DNA of 64,000 nucleotides from Solirubrobacterales bacterium (GTDB lineage: Bacteria > Actinomycetota > Thermoleophilia > Solirubrobacterales > 70-9), in assembly GCA_036558385.1 (NCBI GenBank), contig DATBFS010000128.1:23732-87731 (forward strand). Reading direction: 5' to 3'. The notes under the pieces were generated by a model. That model was not told the origin of the DNA. It did no database searches and saw only the letters and a list, made by a program, of their open reading frames with translations. Every line of letters begins with the position of its first letter. Position 1 is the stretch's first letter. Positions 26,701-35,890 of the stretch are shown here, piece by piece. Position numbers and translations under genes: made by a program.

Positions 26701-27276
26701 CGGGAGCGCGTCGACTGCTCCTTGGCGGACGTGTCCGCGAAGGAGGACGGCTCCTGGGTGACCGTCGGAGGGATCGTCAGCGAGTGCAAGCGCGTGCGGA
26801 CTCGAAGCGGCGCGTACGTCATGTTCGCGACGCTCGACGACCTGGAGGGTAGGGTCGAGCTGTTCGTTCGGGACGCGGCGGGCGACGCGGCCGAGCAGAT
26901 CGAGCTCGATCGCGTGATCCTGGTGCGAGGCCGGGTGGACCACAAGGGCCGGGGAGAGATGAGCCTCGTGGTCGCCGAGGCCGAGGCGTTCGAGCCCGGC
27001 GAGGACGAGGTCGCCGCAGCCCGGGCGAAGGCGAAGGCGCGCGAGCCGGATCGAATCGTCCTCAAGGTCCGGGCCGCCGAGTTCGGTCCGCGGCTGCTCG
27101 AGGAGCTGAAGGTGCTGTTCGAGTCGTTCCCGGGCAACTGCGAGGTCCAGCTCGAGATGAAGACGCGCGAGGGCACGCGAAGGCTGCGGTTCGGGGACGA
27201 GTACTGCGTCACCCCCTCAGCCGCGCTGCGCGCCGAGCTCGACCAACTGTTGGGCCCGCGTGCGCTGGCGGCCTGA
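23749..27276 (+). CDS. dnaE: DNA polymerase III alpha subunit
   Basis: 1175 aa. The PHP domain start is VHLHVHSEYSLLDGA. The polymerase core motifs include MPDIDIDF, and an OB fold lies near the C-terminus. Confidence 0.95.
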   Translation: MASTEAVHLHVHSEYSLLDGACKIRSMAARAAELGMPALGLTDHGVMNGAVEHYKACKENGIKPIVGLEAYLVDDRRADAPGERNHLTLLAATEAGFRNLVKLTSLGYLEGFARGKPSVDTELLDRHSDGVIALTGCLQSRFCQRLISARPKDARAHVDELVGIFGAENVYFEIQSNGLAEQDRANEGIVRVASELGRPLVATADVHYLRREDYSNHAALLCVQTKSTIEQPKLRFETNEFFLKSPAEMGESFAEWPESVPTTLEIAERCNVEIELGRLLLPRFPTPGGEEPAAMLRRLATDGLRRLYGDPPPAEAMERLEFELGVIGEMGFESYFLIVWDFVKFAKDNGIAVGPGRGSAAGSIVAYSLNITDLDPLANELLFERFLNPARKSMPDIDIDFSVRGRERVIRYVADKYGRESVAQIITFGKMAPRAATRDAARVLGFDYATGDRIAKQIPEPVMGRSPSFSECLKDGEELKRTYDSEADARKILDVARGLEGIVRNNSIHAAAVVIADRPLAEIVPLQLAEDRTAPAEKGENGKPARSYKIVTQYSMGPIEEMGLLKMDFLGLRNLDVIEDAVAIIERSRGIKVEMESIPLDDATTFEMLARGDSVGVFQLESEGMREALKQVRPTEFNDIVAIGALYRPGAMRFIPDYARGKRDPGTVRYADERLRPITEETYGCCIYQEQLMEISKQVAGFSPAEADDLRKAVGKKKRDLMATMEDKFVEGCAASGTAPAVAKDLWSLMTAAADYSFNKSHAACYALISYRTAYLKANYPAEYMAAVISSVMATKDKVPFFVNRCEEMGIEVLPPDVSSSDHGFVVSGKSIRFGLDAVKNVGHAAVEAIIAARERGGPFDSIWDFCERVDARAVNKRAVECLVKCGALDSTGDCRKGMLEVLAAAQASASKSQEDARNGQGSIFDLGGGPAADAGPGAGQGPGEHRPSIPTEEFDQRELLRLEKETLGTFLSAHPLGEVRDALRERVDCSLADVSAKEDGSWVTVGGIVSECKRVRTRSGAYVMFATLDDLEGRVELFVRDAAGDAAEQIELDRVILVRGRVDHKGRGEMSLVVAEAEAFEPGEDEVAAARAKAKAREPDRIVLKVRAAEFGPRLLEELKVLFESFPGNCEVQLEMKTREGTRRLRFGDEYCVTPSAALRAELDQLLGPRALAA

Positions 27277-27295
27277 GCGCGTCTAGACTTCCGTC

Positions 27296-27691
27296 ATGCC
27301 GCTCACCAAGCGAGGGGAGTCAGGGGCAGCGGCCGGCGAGTGCCGACAGTGCCGCACGTTCTGCGACCGCCTGGTCGAGCCACGCGGGTGCCTCGAGCGG
27401 CGTTGCCCCTATCTCTACAGCTACGTGGACCCGTTTCGCGGTGGCATCTACATGGGCTGCATGCACAAGGTGTTCCGCGCGGAGATCGACCTCGCGATGT
27501 TCGAGGCCGAGGAGCGAAGGGGCGGCTACGGCGGAATCAAGATGACGGGGGAGCCGCTGCCGCAGTGCCAGTTCCGCGTCGAGCCCTCCTACGAGCGCGG
27601 TGGCCCGGAGCACGAGTGCGTCAACCCCTCCTTCTTCGACGCCGGGGACGGCCCCGAGCCGGCCTTCGATCTGCGCGACGCGCTGGCTTAG
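27296..27691 (+). CDS. Hypothetical Cys-rich protein (131 aa)
   Basis: Strong GC3 bias supports coding. It has eight Cys residues, including CRQCRTFC and CLERRC near the N-terminus. It starts 19 nt after the dnaE stop. I recognise no family. Confidence 0.6.
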   Translation: MPLTKRGESGAAAGECRQCRTFCDRLVEPRGCLERRCPYLYSYVDPFRGGIYMGCMHKVFRAEIDLAMFEAEERRGGYGGIKMTGEPLPQCQFRVEPSYERGGPEHECVNPSFFDAGDGPEPAFDLRDALA

Positions 27692-27694
27692 GAA

Positions 27695-27868
27695 TAACTC
27701 CGCCGCCGCCGCCTCCGCTCCCGCCCTGAATACCTTGCCCTCGCCTACGGCTCGGGCATTTCAAATCCGCTCCCGCGTCCGGGGGCGGCGGGTTAGGGCC
27801 TGTTACGTGACGGCAGGTCGTGCTCGCCCGGACCGTGTGGAATTCCATCCACCCCTCGGACCTAAACC
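27695..27868 (+). repeat. Structured intergenic repeat, copy A (subfamily 1, with an enlarged first loop)
   Basis: Shares AACTCCGCCG..., the stem CCGCCGCC/GGCGGCGG, GGTTAGGG, and N15-CGGCAGGTCGTGCTCGCC with copies at 35007, 52805 and 59079. The outer arms GGGTTAGGGCC and GGACCTAAACC are partly complementary. Confidence 0.6.
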
Positions 27869-27891
27869 GCCACGGTTCGCGGTGACCCCCC

Positions 27892-28752
27892 TCATTGCCG
27901 CTGTTTCAGCCCCTCCCGCCGCAGGCGCTTGGCCAGCCGCACCTCCCTGCGGTCCGGGCCGTGGCCGTCGGGTCCCGGGGTCTCGATCAGCGCCGGGAGG
28001 CCCTCGAAACGGGGTTCGGAGAGGAACGTCCGAAGGCCCGCGCGGCCGAGCTCGCCCTTGCCGAGGTTGGCGTGGCGGTCCAGGTTTGCGCCGAGGGCCA
28101 CCTTCGAGTCGTTGACGTGCACGCACCGAAGACGCTCGGGCCCGACCTTGGCGTCGAAGTCGTCGAGGACCCGGTCGAGCTCGGGCGGCGAGTCGATCTC
28201 GAAGCCCGCCGCCAGCAGGTGACAGCAGTCGAGGCAGGCCCCGAGGCGCTGGCCACCGCCGGCGGCGTCGATCAGGTCGGCGAGCTCGTCGAAGTCGCGC
28301 CCCAGGGGCCCCTGGGTGCCCGCCGTGTTCTCGAAGAGGATCGGGCAGCGCTCGGAGCGATCCAGGGCCTCGCGGACCATCTTTCCGGCGCGCTTCACCG
28401 ACGGCGCGTACGGCTCGCCCTTGCGCGCGCCGGCGTGAAGCACGACGCCTCGCGCGCCGATCCCGTCGCCCACCGAGAGGGCCTGCTCGAGGGAGGCGAG
28501 CGACTTGCGGCGTATCTCCCGCTCCTTGCTGGCGCAGTTGATGAGGTAAACGGCGTGAACGACGACCGCTCCGACCCGCGAGTCGCCCATCGTCTCCCGG
28601 AAGGCCTCGAAGTCCTTGGCCGAGTAGGCGGTCGGCCGCCACGCCCGCGGGCTCTGGTGAAAGATCTGGATCGCGTCGCAGTCGCGCTCCAGCCCACGTT
28701 GGAGGGCCTTGGTGAGCCCGCCCGCGGTGGAGACGTGGGCCCCGATCAGCAT
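27892..28752 (-). CDS. nfo: Endonuclease IV (deoxyribonuclease IV)
   Basis: MLIGAHVSTAGGL...IFHQSPRAW...VVHAVYLINCAS...VLHAG...ENTAG...CLDCCHLLAAG...HVNDSK is the typical Nfo/AP endonuclease family 2 pattern. Confidence 0.9.
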   Translation of the reverse strand: MLIGAHVSTAGGLTKALQRGLERDCDAIQIFHQSPRAWRPTAYSAKDFEAFRETMGDSRVGAVVVHAVYLINCASKEREIRRKSLASLEQALSVGDGIGARGVVLHAGARKGEPYAPSVKRAGKMVREALDRSERCPILFENTAGTQGPLGRDFDELADLIDAAGGGQRLGACLDCCHLLAAGFEIDSPPELDRVLDDFDAKVGPERLRCVHVNDSKVALGANLDRHANLGKGELGRAGLRTFLSEPRFEGLPALIETPGPDGHGPDRREVRLAKRLRREGLKQRQ

Positions 28753-28759
28753 CGGAGCT

Positions 28760-29161
28760 TCACTCCTCCAGGCCGGCGGCCTGGAGGGCCCTCTGGGGGT
28801 CGCCGTGATCCTTCCAGCGGGTGATGCGCCCGTCGCGAAACGTCGCGATCCCCGCTATCGGCACGTCGGTCTCGATCCCGCTCCCCTTGCCGCGAACATG
28901 AAGTCTCCCCAGGGCCAGCACCCGCCCATCGCCCAGGTCCCGAACCTCGGCGTACTCGGGTCGAAATGAGTCGAAGCTCTCCGCCGTGTCGGCGAAGAAA
29001 CGGCGCATGCCGGCGTGGCCGTGGTAGGCGCCCTGCATGGCGGCTCTAAGTGGCTCCCAGACCACGTCGGGATCGACGAGCTCGAGGGTCCCCTCCACGT
29101 CTCCGCTGGTGTAGAGCTCGGTGGCGCGGAGGAACAGCTCGACGTTCTCCCGCGACATCAC
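28760..29161 (-). CDS. SnoaL/NTF2-like fold protein
   Basis: 133 aa. NVELFLRATELYTSGDVEGTLELVDPDVVWEP and a C-terminal beta-rich part are typical of the ketosteroid-isomerase-like family. Confidence 0.6.
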   Translation of the reverse strand: MMSRENVELFLRATELYTSGDVEGTLELVDPDVVWEPLRAAMQGAYHGHAGMRRFFADTAESFDSFRPEYAEVRDLGDGRVLALGRLHVRGKGSGIETDVPIAGIATFRDGRITRWKDHGDPQRALQAAGLEE

Positions 29162-29229
29162 TTGCGCCCCGAGGGCGATACGGGCTGTGGAAACCTGGCG
29201 CCGACTAGCATCGAAGCCCTGTTTCTACC

Positions 29230-30627
29230 GTGAACCCGCCTTCGCCGCCCCGCCTTCGCTTCGCCCCGTCACCCACGGGCGCGCTCCACATCGGTGGCGC
29301 GCGGACGGCGCTGTACAACTGGCTCCTCGCGCGAGGATCGGGTGGCGCCCTCGTGCTGCGAATCGAGGACACCGACCGCGAGCGCTCGACCCCGGAGAAC
29401 ACGGAGCAGATCCTGGACGCGCTTCGCTGGCTCGAGCTCGACTGGGACGAGGGACCGGAGAGCCAGTACGAGCGGCGCGAGCGCCACACCGGGCGCCTGA
29501 AGGAGTTGGTCGAGGCGGGCCATGCCTACCACGACCCGGCCACGGCGGCCGACGTGCGCGCGTGGAAGGAGGCAAACGGCGGGGCCGGCTACCGCGGCGA
29601 GCCCCGCGCGGAGCCCGGCGCGGCTGTGCGGCTGCGGGTCCCCGACGACGGGGAGACCGTGGTGGACGACCTGATTCGTGGGCCGGTGCGGTTCCCGAAC
29701 GCGACGCAGGACGACTTCGTGATCGCCCGCGGGGACGGCACCCCCCTTTACAACCTCGCCGTCGCGGTCGACGACGCGGAGATGGGGATCACGGACGTCG
29801 TGCGGGGCGACGACCACCTCTCCAACACGCCCAAGCAACTCCTCGTCCTCGAGGCGCTGGGCGCGCCGCCGCCTCGCTACGCCCACCTGCCGCTCCTGCA
29901 CGGCCCGGACGGGCGCAAGCTCTCCAAGCGCGACCGCGCGGCCTCGGTGCAGGAGCTTCGCGACCTCGGCTACCTACCCGCCGCGATCCGCAACTACCTG
30001 GCGCTGCTGGGGTGGGGGACCGAGGACGACACCACCATCCTCACGACCGAGGAGCTGGTGGAGCGCTTCTCGATCGAGCGGGTGGGCCGCTCGTCGGCGG
30101 TCTTCGACGAGCGGAAGCTGCGGTGGCTGAACGGGCGCTTCATGCGGGCCCTTTCGCTCGATGACCACGAGGACCTGCTCTCGCGCCATCTGCGGCGGTA
30201 CTCGCCCGAGGACGCGGGCGCGTTCGAGGCTGCCCCGGCCGACCGCCGGCGGGTCGCCTGCGAGATCGTCCGGGACAAGGCGCAGACGCTCGAGGAGGTC
30301 TGGCCGCTGATCCGGTTCCTGTTCGTCGAGCCCGCGCCGGATCCGGCGGCCTGGCGGAAGGTGATGAGAGCCGATACGGGCCCGCCCCTCGCCGAGTCGC
30401 TCGAGGCGCTTCGCGGCGCGGACGGCTTCGACGCCGGCTCGGTCGAAGCCGCGCTGGAGGCAGTCGTGGAGCGCTCGGGCCGCAAGGCCAAGGACGTCTA
30501 CCAGCCGATCCGGGTCGCGATCACCGGGACCACGGTGTCCCCGGGCATCTTCGACTCGCTCGCAGCGCTTGGGCGAGAGGACTCGCTGCGGCGGATCGAG
30601 AGCGCTCTCACCGAGCTGAACGGCTAG
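29230..30627 (+). CDS. gltX: Glutamate--tRNA ligase
   Basis: GTG start. RFAPSPTGALHIGGARTAL is the HIGH motif and KLSKR is the KMSKS-type motif. The whole protein is GltX-like. Confidence 0.95.
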   Translation: MNPPSPPRLRFAPSPTGALHIGGARTALYNWLLARGSGGALVLRIEDTDRERSTPENTEQILDALRWLELDWDEGPESQYERRERHTGRLKELVEAGHAYHDPATAADVRAWKEANGGAGYRGEPRAEPGAAVRLRVPDDGETVVDDLIRGPVRFPNATQDDFVIARGDGTPLYNLAVAVDDAEMGITDVVRGDDHLSNTPKQLLVLEALGAPPPRYAHLPLLHGPDGRKLSKRDRAASVQELRDLGYLPAAIRNYLALLGWGTEDDTTILTTEELVERFSIERVGRSSAVFDERKLRWLNGRFMRALSLDDHEDLLSRHLRRYSPEDAGAFEAAPADRRRVACEIVRDKAQTLEEVWPLIRFLFVEPAPDPAAWRKVMRADTGPPLAESLEALRGADGFDAGSVEAALEAVVERSGRKAKDVYQPIRVAITGTTVSPGIFDSLAALGREDSLRRIESALTELNG

Positions 30628-30728
30628 CGGCTCAGCAGCTCGTTTTCATCGATCCGGGCGTGCGCCGCGGGCGTCGACGCTAAATGCGCGGCGCCCGCGT
30701 GCCGATCATGAAGGGGGTAGGGACAGCG

Positions 30729-31862
30729 ATGAGCCAGGTCGCCACCAAGACACGGACGCGAAAGACCGCCCGCCGGGCCGTCAAGTCACGCGCCGCCGCC
30801 CCGGCCAAGGCGGACGGAAAGCGCGCGGAGGCGAAGCCGCAGGCGTCCGCCGAGCGCCGCATCGGACAGGGAGGTCGTCGGCTCGCGGACGCCTTCGAGG
30901 CCGTCTCCCGGATGCCCGTGCTCGGCGAGTCGCGCCGGCGCCTGCTGGTCGCATGCGAGGGTGGCGTGTCGGCCGCCGGCGAGGCCGCCGATGCGGTCGA
31001 GTCCGACGCTGCCCTCACCGTCGCCGTGATGCGGGCCGCCAGCAACGGCGCGGAGAGCGAGGGGGGAGGCGTGCGCCAGGCCGTCGAGACGCTGGGGCCC
31101 GCCGGCCTGCGGGCCGTCGGCGCCTCGCTCGAGAGCTATGACCCCTTCGACGCGCCCACCCCGTGGGCCGATCGCCAGGAGCGCTTTCGCCGCCATGGCG
31201 TCGCGACGCGCCACGCGGCCGATCAGATCGCCGAGCTCGCTCGGCTGGCCGCCCGCGACGAGCTTGCGGTCGCCGCCCTGCTGCACGACATCGGGCGCCG
31301 GGTGCTCGCCGAGCTCTACGGGGAGTTCGAGGTCGACCACCGCGACGCGACCCCCGATGAGCGGATCCGGCGGGAGCGACGCGAGCTCGGGATAGACCAC
31401 GCCCTCGTCGGCGCGGTGCTGGTCCGCCGATGGGGCATGCCCTCGAGCGTCGCTTCGGCGATCGAGCGGCATCACTCGCCGCAGGCGCAGGGCCATGCGG
31501 CCGCGGTTCGGCTCGCCGATCTGATCGTCCACTACGCGAGCGGCGAGCCCGCGCCTCCGGAGACGATGGTCACCGGCGCGGCCGCGCTCGGGATCGACCC
31601 CGAGCGGCTGGCCCAGCTCGCCTACGAGTTTCCCCACTCGAACACCCCTCGGCGGCGGGCCTCGGACCCGTGCCCGCTGTCGGTGCGCGAGATCGACGCC
31701 CTACGCGGCCTGGCCGAGGGGAAGGTCTACAAGCAGATCGCGCACGAGCTCGACCTCTCGGTGAGCACGATCCGCACCCACCTCCACAACGTCTACCGCA
31801 AGATCGGTGCCGTGGATCGCGCGCAGGCGGTGCTCATCGCCCGCGATCGCGGCTGGATCTAG
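30729..31862 (+). CDS. HDOD-domain protein fused to a C-terminal LuxR-type HTH
   Basis: HDOD-like region: MPVLGESRRRLL...DAALTVAVMRAASN...VRQAVETLGPAGL...ALLHDIGRRVL...HALVGAVLVRRWGMP...AIERHH. The C-terminal SVREIDALRGLAEGKVYKQIAHELDLSVSTIRTHLHNVYRKIG is the HTH. The ATG at 30729 has GGGGGTAGGGA upstream. Alternative ATGs are at 30684 and 30708. Confidence 0.65.
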   Translation: MSQVATKTRTRKTARRAVKSRAAAPAKADGKRAEAKPQASAERRIGQGGRRLADAFEAVSRMPVLGESRRRLLVACEGGVSAAGEAADAVESDAALTVAVMRAASNGAESEGGGVRQAVETLGPAGLRAVGASLESYDPFDAPTPWADRQERFRRHGVATRHAADQIAELARLAARDELAVAALLHDIGRRVLAELYGEFEVDHRDATPDERIRRERRELGIDHALVGAVLVRRWGMPSSVASAIERHHSPQAQGHAAAVRLADLIVHYASGEPAPPETMVTGAAALGIDPERLAQLAYEFPHSNTPRRRASDPCPLSVREIDALRGLAEGKVYKQIAHELDLSVSTIRTHLHNVYRKIGAVDRAQAVLIARDRGWI

Positions 31863-31866
31863 GCGC

Positions 31867-32490
31867 CTACTCGATCAGGTTCAACCGCAGGGCGATCGCG
31901 ACCGCGTGGGCCCGGTCGCGGGCACTCAACCGGGCGAGGATCCCCTTGGTGTGGGTGCGAACCGTCTCCGCGCTGAGCCCCAGGCGTCTCGCGACGACCG
32001 CCGTCGACAGCCCGTCCGCGTAGAGCTGGAGGATCTGGCGCTGGCGACGGGTGAGCGCTGCCCGCCCGCGGGAGCGCTCCCCCGCGGCCGGGTCGACGAA
32101 TCGCTCCGACTCCGCCGCGGCGTCCACGGCCTCGCTCAGCGCCTCGACGGGCGAGCTCTTGACCACGTAGGCGGTGGCGCCGGCGCGAATCGCCTCGGTC
32201 GCGGCCTGCTGCTGGGCGTGCGGCCCGTGGGCGACGATCCCGATGCCGGGCTGTGCCTTGCGAAGCGCCTGGATCGCGCCCGTCCCGGAGAGATCGTCCT
32301 CGTCGCGGTTGTTTTGCCGGCAGAGGTCCACGACCGCGACGTCGAAGTCGCCGATCGTGGTCAGCAGCTCGAGCGCGCCGCTGCCGTCCTCGGCCTCCTC
32401 GACCTCGTATCGGTTGGCAAGCGCCTCACGCACCCCCAGCCGAACGGTGGGGTGCGAGTCGATTACCAGGCAGCGTCGGTCCTCGTTCAC
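31867..32490 (-). CDS. Response regulator, NarL/LuxR family (REC + HTH); no cognate kinase gene is adjacent
   Basis: The GTG at 32490 gives VNEDRRCLVIDSHPTVRLGV...FDVAVVDL (receiver domain). The C-terminal LTRRQRQILQLYADGLSTAVVARRLGLSAETVRTHTKGILARL is the HTH. The longer tracked N-terminus is rejected. Confidence 0.75.
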   Translation of the reverse strand: MNEDRRCLVIDSHPTVRLGVREALANRYEVEEAEDGSGALELLTTIGDFDVAVVDLCRQNNRDEDDLSGTGAIQALRKAQPGIGIVAHGPHAQQQAATEAIRAGATAYVVKSSPVEALSEAVDAAAESERFVDPAAGERSRGRAALTRRQRQILQLYADGLSTAVVARRLGLSAETVRTHTKGILARLSARDRAHAVAIALRLNLIE

Positions 32491-32671
32491 TCTCTTTATC
32501 CGGACGCGGGTTTCCGGTGCGACACATCTCGTGCGCCCCGGTGCACGAGAATGACCAGTTCCGAGCCGGCCCGGCCGCATCGTAGCGACGCCGCGCGAGT
32601 CCGGTCGAACCTTGATCGGAAACAGCGAGCTTTTCCCGTCGCCGCCCTGTCCGATACAAAAGGACGACGCC

Positions 32672-33070
32672 ATGATCTCGGTCACCTCCAAGTCCCGCTA
32701 CGCCGTCGTCGGCATGGCCGAGCTGGCCCGCTCCGGCGATCGCCCGGTCCCGATCGCCCAGATCGCCGAGCGCCGGCGGATGCCGGTTCAGTTCCTCGAG
32801 CAGCTGTTCACGACCCTGCGCCGCGACGGCCTCCTCCAGAGCCACCGGGGAGTCAAGGGCGGCTACACCCTCGCCCGGCCCCCCGAGGAGATCAACGTGC
32901 TCGAGGTCGTCCAGTCGCTGGACGGCAGGCTCGGGGAGGAGGGCAAGGAGGCCGGGGGGATCTGGGCCGACGGCGTGGAGTCCCTGCGCGAGGTCTTCCG
33001 GTCCACCACGATCGCCGACATCGCCCGCCGCGAATCCGAGGAGGCGGGCGCGGGCATGTACCACATCTAG
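32672..33070 (+). CDS. Rrf2-family transcriptional regulator (CymR-like; no Cys cluster)
   Basis: The ATG at 32672 has AAAGGA upstream. MISVTSKSRYAVVGMAELARSGDRPVPIAQIAERRRMPVQFLEQLFTTLRRDGLLQSHRGVKGGYTLAR is the Rrf2 winged-helix signature. The three-Cys Fe-S ligand motif is absent. Confidence 0.8.
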   Translation: MISVTSKSRYAVVGMAELARSGDRPVPIAQIAERRRMPVQFLEQLFTTLRRDGLLQSHRGVKGGYTLARPPEEINVLEVVQSLDGRLGEEGKEAGGIWADGVESLREVFRSTTIADIARRESEEAGAGMYHI

Positions 33071-33321
33071 ACGCCGGCGGTCCTCGTGTTGGTCGTCTCA
33101 CTCCCTCATGAGTAGGGCAACCAGGACGACCGCGACGAGGAACAAGGCGATGGTCAGTGCAGCGCCCATGCCGAACGGCTACCCCGACCGGGGGGCCGCT
33201 CACGGGTAGGACTAATCCTCAGGCGGGCTGCCTGGCCGCTTCGGGGGCCTCGGCCTTCGTGGGAAACCCTGCTGGGTCTTTCGCCAGAGCTTCTGCGGCA
33301 TCGCCGCTCGGGCCCCCGTGT

Positions 33322-33531
33322 TCAGAGGATCCACCGCGAGGCAGCCGCCAGGAGCCCGAGCGCGGCCACCACCGCCGCCAGGATCCAGAGCAGCGTCCCG
33401 GTGTCGACCAGGGACACGAACAGCACCAGCAACGTCAGGACGCCGATGACGAGCAGGGGGAAGCCAACCGACGTGGCCACCCCAACCTGCTTGATGGATC
33501 CGAAGCTGCTCGCGGTGCGTCGTCTGCTCAC
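33322..33531 (-). CDS. Small (69 aa) two-TM membrane protein, hypothetical
   Basis: GTG start, high GC3 and two clear hydrophobic helices (VGFPLLVIGVLTLLVLFVSLV and LLWILAAVVAALGLLAAA). There is no obvious Shine-Dalgarno sequence. Confidence 0.4.
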   Translation of the reverse strand: MSRRRTASSFGSIKQVGVATSVGFPLLVIGVLTLLVLFVSLVDTGTLLWILAAVVAALGLLAAASRWIL

Positions 33532-33576
33532 GCGGGCAGCATAAGCGACGGCCCCTGGGGATTCGGGAAGCCTCCG

Positions 33577-33981
33577 CTACTGGTTGGCGCACTTGAGGCC
33601 GGCCTTGAAGGCGGCGTCCGTGACCGCCTTCGGCACCTGCCCCGAGATCGTCGCCTGGATGTCGGAGTCGGGAAGCGTCTTCTGCAGCTCGTCGAGCACG
33701 CAGTCGGCCTGCTGGTTGCTCAGTCCCTGCTTCTGGACCAGGTTCGTGCGCAGCGCGTTGTCGAACGCCTGGCGCAGGTCGGTGGCGGGGGCTGTGCCGG
33801 TGGTCGTGGTCGCGCCGGTGGTCGTGGTGGCGGATGTCGTGACGGTGGTGGGCGCCGTTCCCGTGGTCACGGTAGTCGTGTCCGAGCCGCCGCAGGCGGC
33901 CAGGGTCAGCGCAGCCGCCGGGAGCAGGGCGCAGAGCGCAAGGCGGCGGTAGAGCCTGGGCGCGAGCCCGAGCCTGGCCAT
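33577..33981 (-). CDS. Lipoprotein with a Thr-rich linker, hypothetical
   Basis: The ATG at 33981 gives [32 protein letters not shown] (lipobox LAAC). A Thr/Gly-rich linker follows, then a roughly 70-aa globular C-terminus with two Cys residues. Confidence 0.65.
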   Translation of the reverse strand: MARLGLAPRLYRRLALCALLPAAALTLAACGGSDTTTVTTGTAPTTVTTSATTTTGATTTTGTAPATDLRQAFDNALRTNLVQKQGLSNQQADCVLDELQKTLPDSDIQATISGQVPKAVTDAAFKAGLKCANQ

Positions 33982-34049
33982 CAGTCGGAAACCCCCGTGA
34001 AGAACACGATGCGCGACAAACGCGGCGGAGCCTATACCTTGGCCTCGAC

Positions 34050-35006
<957 letters not shown>

Positions 35007-35009
<3 letters not shown>

Positions 35010-35110
35010 CTCCGCCGAAAGCCTCGGCTCCGCCTCCGTTTTCGGCGGGCTAGGGACTGTTACCGGACGGCAGGCCGTACTCGCCTGCACCGGGACTCCG
35101 TCCCTAGCCC
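35007..35110 (+). repeat. Structured intergenic repeat, copy B (subfamily 1), between cysK and cysE
   Basis: Hairpin 1 is CCGCCGAAA (35012-35020) paired with TTTCGGCGG (35040-35048), with a 19-nt loop. Hairpin 2 is GGGCTAGGGAC (35047-35057) paired with GTCCCTAGCCC (35100-35110), enclosing CGGCAGGCCGTACTCGCCTGC. Confidence 0.65.
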
Positions 35111-35123
35111 GTACGCTTTGGCC

Positions 35124-35858
35124 ATGTTCGGCTTGGACACCCTGAGTCGCGTTGCGCGGGAGATCCGTGCGGACATCACCTCGGCGCGGGAGCGAGACCC
35201 GGCCGCTCGCGGGGTGGGGAGCCTCGAGATCCTGATCAACTGGGGCGGCGTCCAGGCCATCCTGGCCCACCGGGTGGCCCACGCGCTTCATGAGGCGGGC
35301 GTGCCGGTGGCCCCGATGGCGGTCGCGTACGCGAGCCGCGCGGTGACCGGCGTCGAGATCCACCCGGCGGCGCGGATCGGGGAGGACTTCTTCATCGACC
35401 ACGGGTCCGGGGTCGTGATCGGCGAGACGGCCGAGATCGGCAACCGGGTGACCCTCTACCAGGGGGTGACCCTTGGTGGAACGGGCTTCGCCCGTGGCAA
35501 GCGGCACCCGACGGTCGAGGACGACGTCACGATCGGGTCCGGGGCAAAGCTCCTCGGCCCGATCACAGTGCGCCACCGCGCCAAGGTGGGGGCCAACACG
35601 GTGGTGATCGACGACGTGCCCGTGGACTCGACGGTGGTGGGCAACCCCGGTCATCCGGTCAAGGTGGAGGGGCGAAAGGTGGACGGCCCGGACACGGACT
35701 GGATCCACCTCCCCGACCCCCTCGCCGATGCGATCAGGGGCCTGTCGGAGCGGATCGCCGAGCTCGAGCGCCGGATCGCGGAGCTGGACGGGAAGTCCGC
35801 GGAGGGCGACGTTCGCGAGCTGCGGCCCAAGCGAGGACCCTCCTCGGCCGGGGGCTGA
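35124..35858 (+). CDS. cysE: Serine O-acetyltransferase with a C-terminal coiled-coil extension
   Basis: DITSARERDPAA...ILAHRVAHAL...GVEIHPAARIGEDFFIDHGSGVVIGETAEIG shows the hexapeptide repeats and SAT N-terminal motif. An extra roughly 60-aa tail contains RIAELERRIAELDG. Confidence 0.9.
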   Translation: MFGLDTLSRVAREIRADITSARERDPAARGVGSLEILINWGGVQAILAHRVAHALHEAGVPVAPMAVAYASRAVTGVEIHPAARIGEDFFIDHGSGVVIGETAEIGNRVTLYQGVTLGGTGFARGKRHPTVEDDVTIGSGAKLLGPITVRHRAKVGANTVVIDDVPVDSTVVGNPGHPVKVEGRKVDGPDTDWIHLPDPLADAIRGLSERIAELERRIAELDGKSAEGDVRELRPKRGPSSAGG

Positions 35859-35890
35859 GAGAGGTCGGCAGCCGTAGCTATGCTCGGCGC

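Noticed and set aside
30667-30699. GCGGGCG-n18-CGCCCGC inverted repeat after gltX as a terminator
   Set aside because: It has only a 7-bp GC stem with a long loop and no U-tract. It also overlaps one of the candidate start codons of the next gene. It is not distinctive enough in this GC background.
33098-33169. A 23-codon hydrophobic mini-ORF (MGAALTIALFLVAVVLVALLMRE) on the minus strand
   Set aside because: It has no Shine-Dalgarno sequence and is too short to judge by composition. It has no neighbour, such as kdp or cyd genes, that would give it a known small-subunit context. It may be real but is unsupported.
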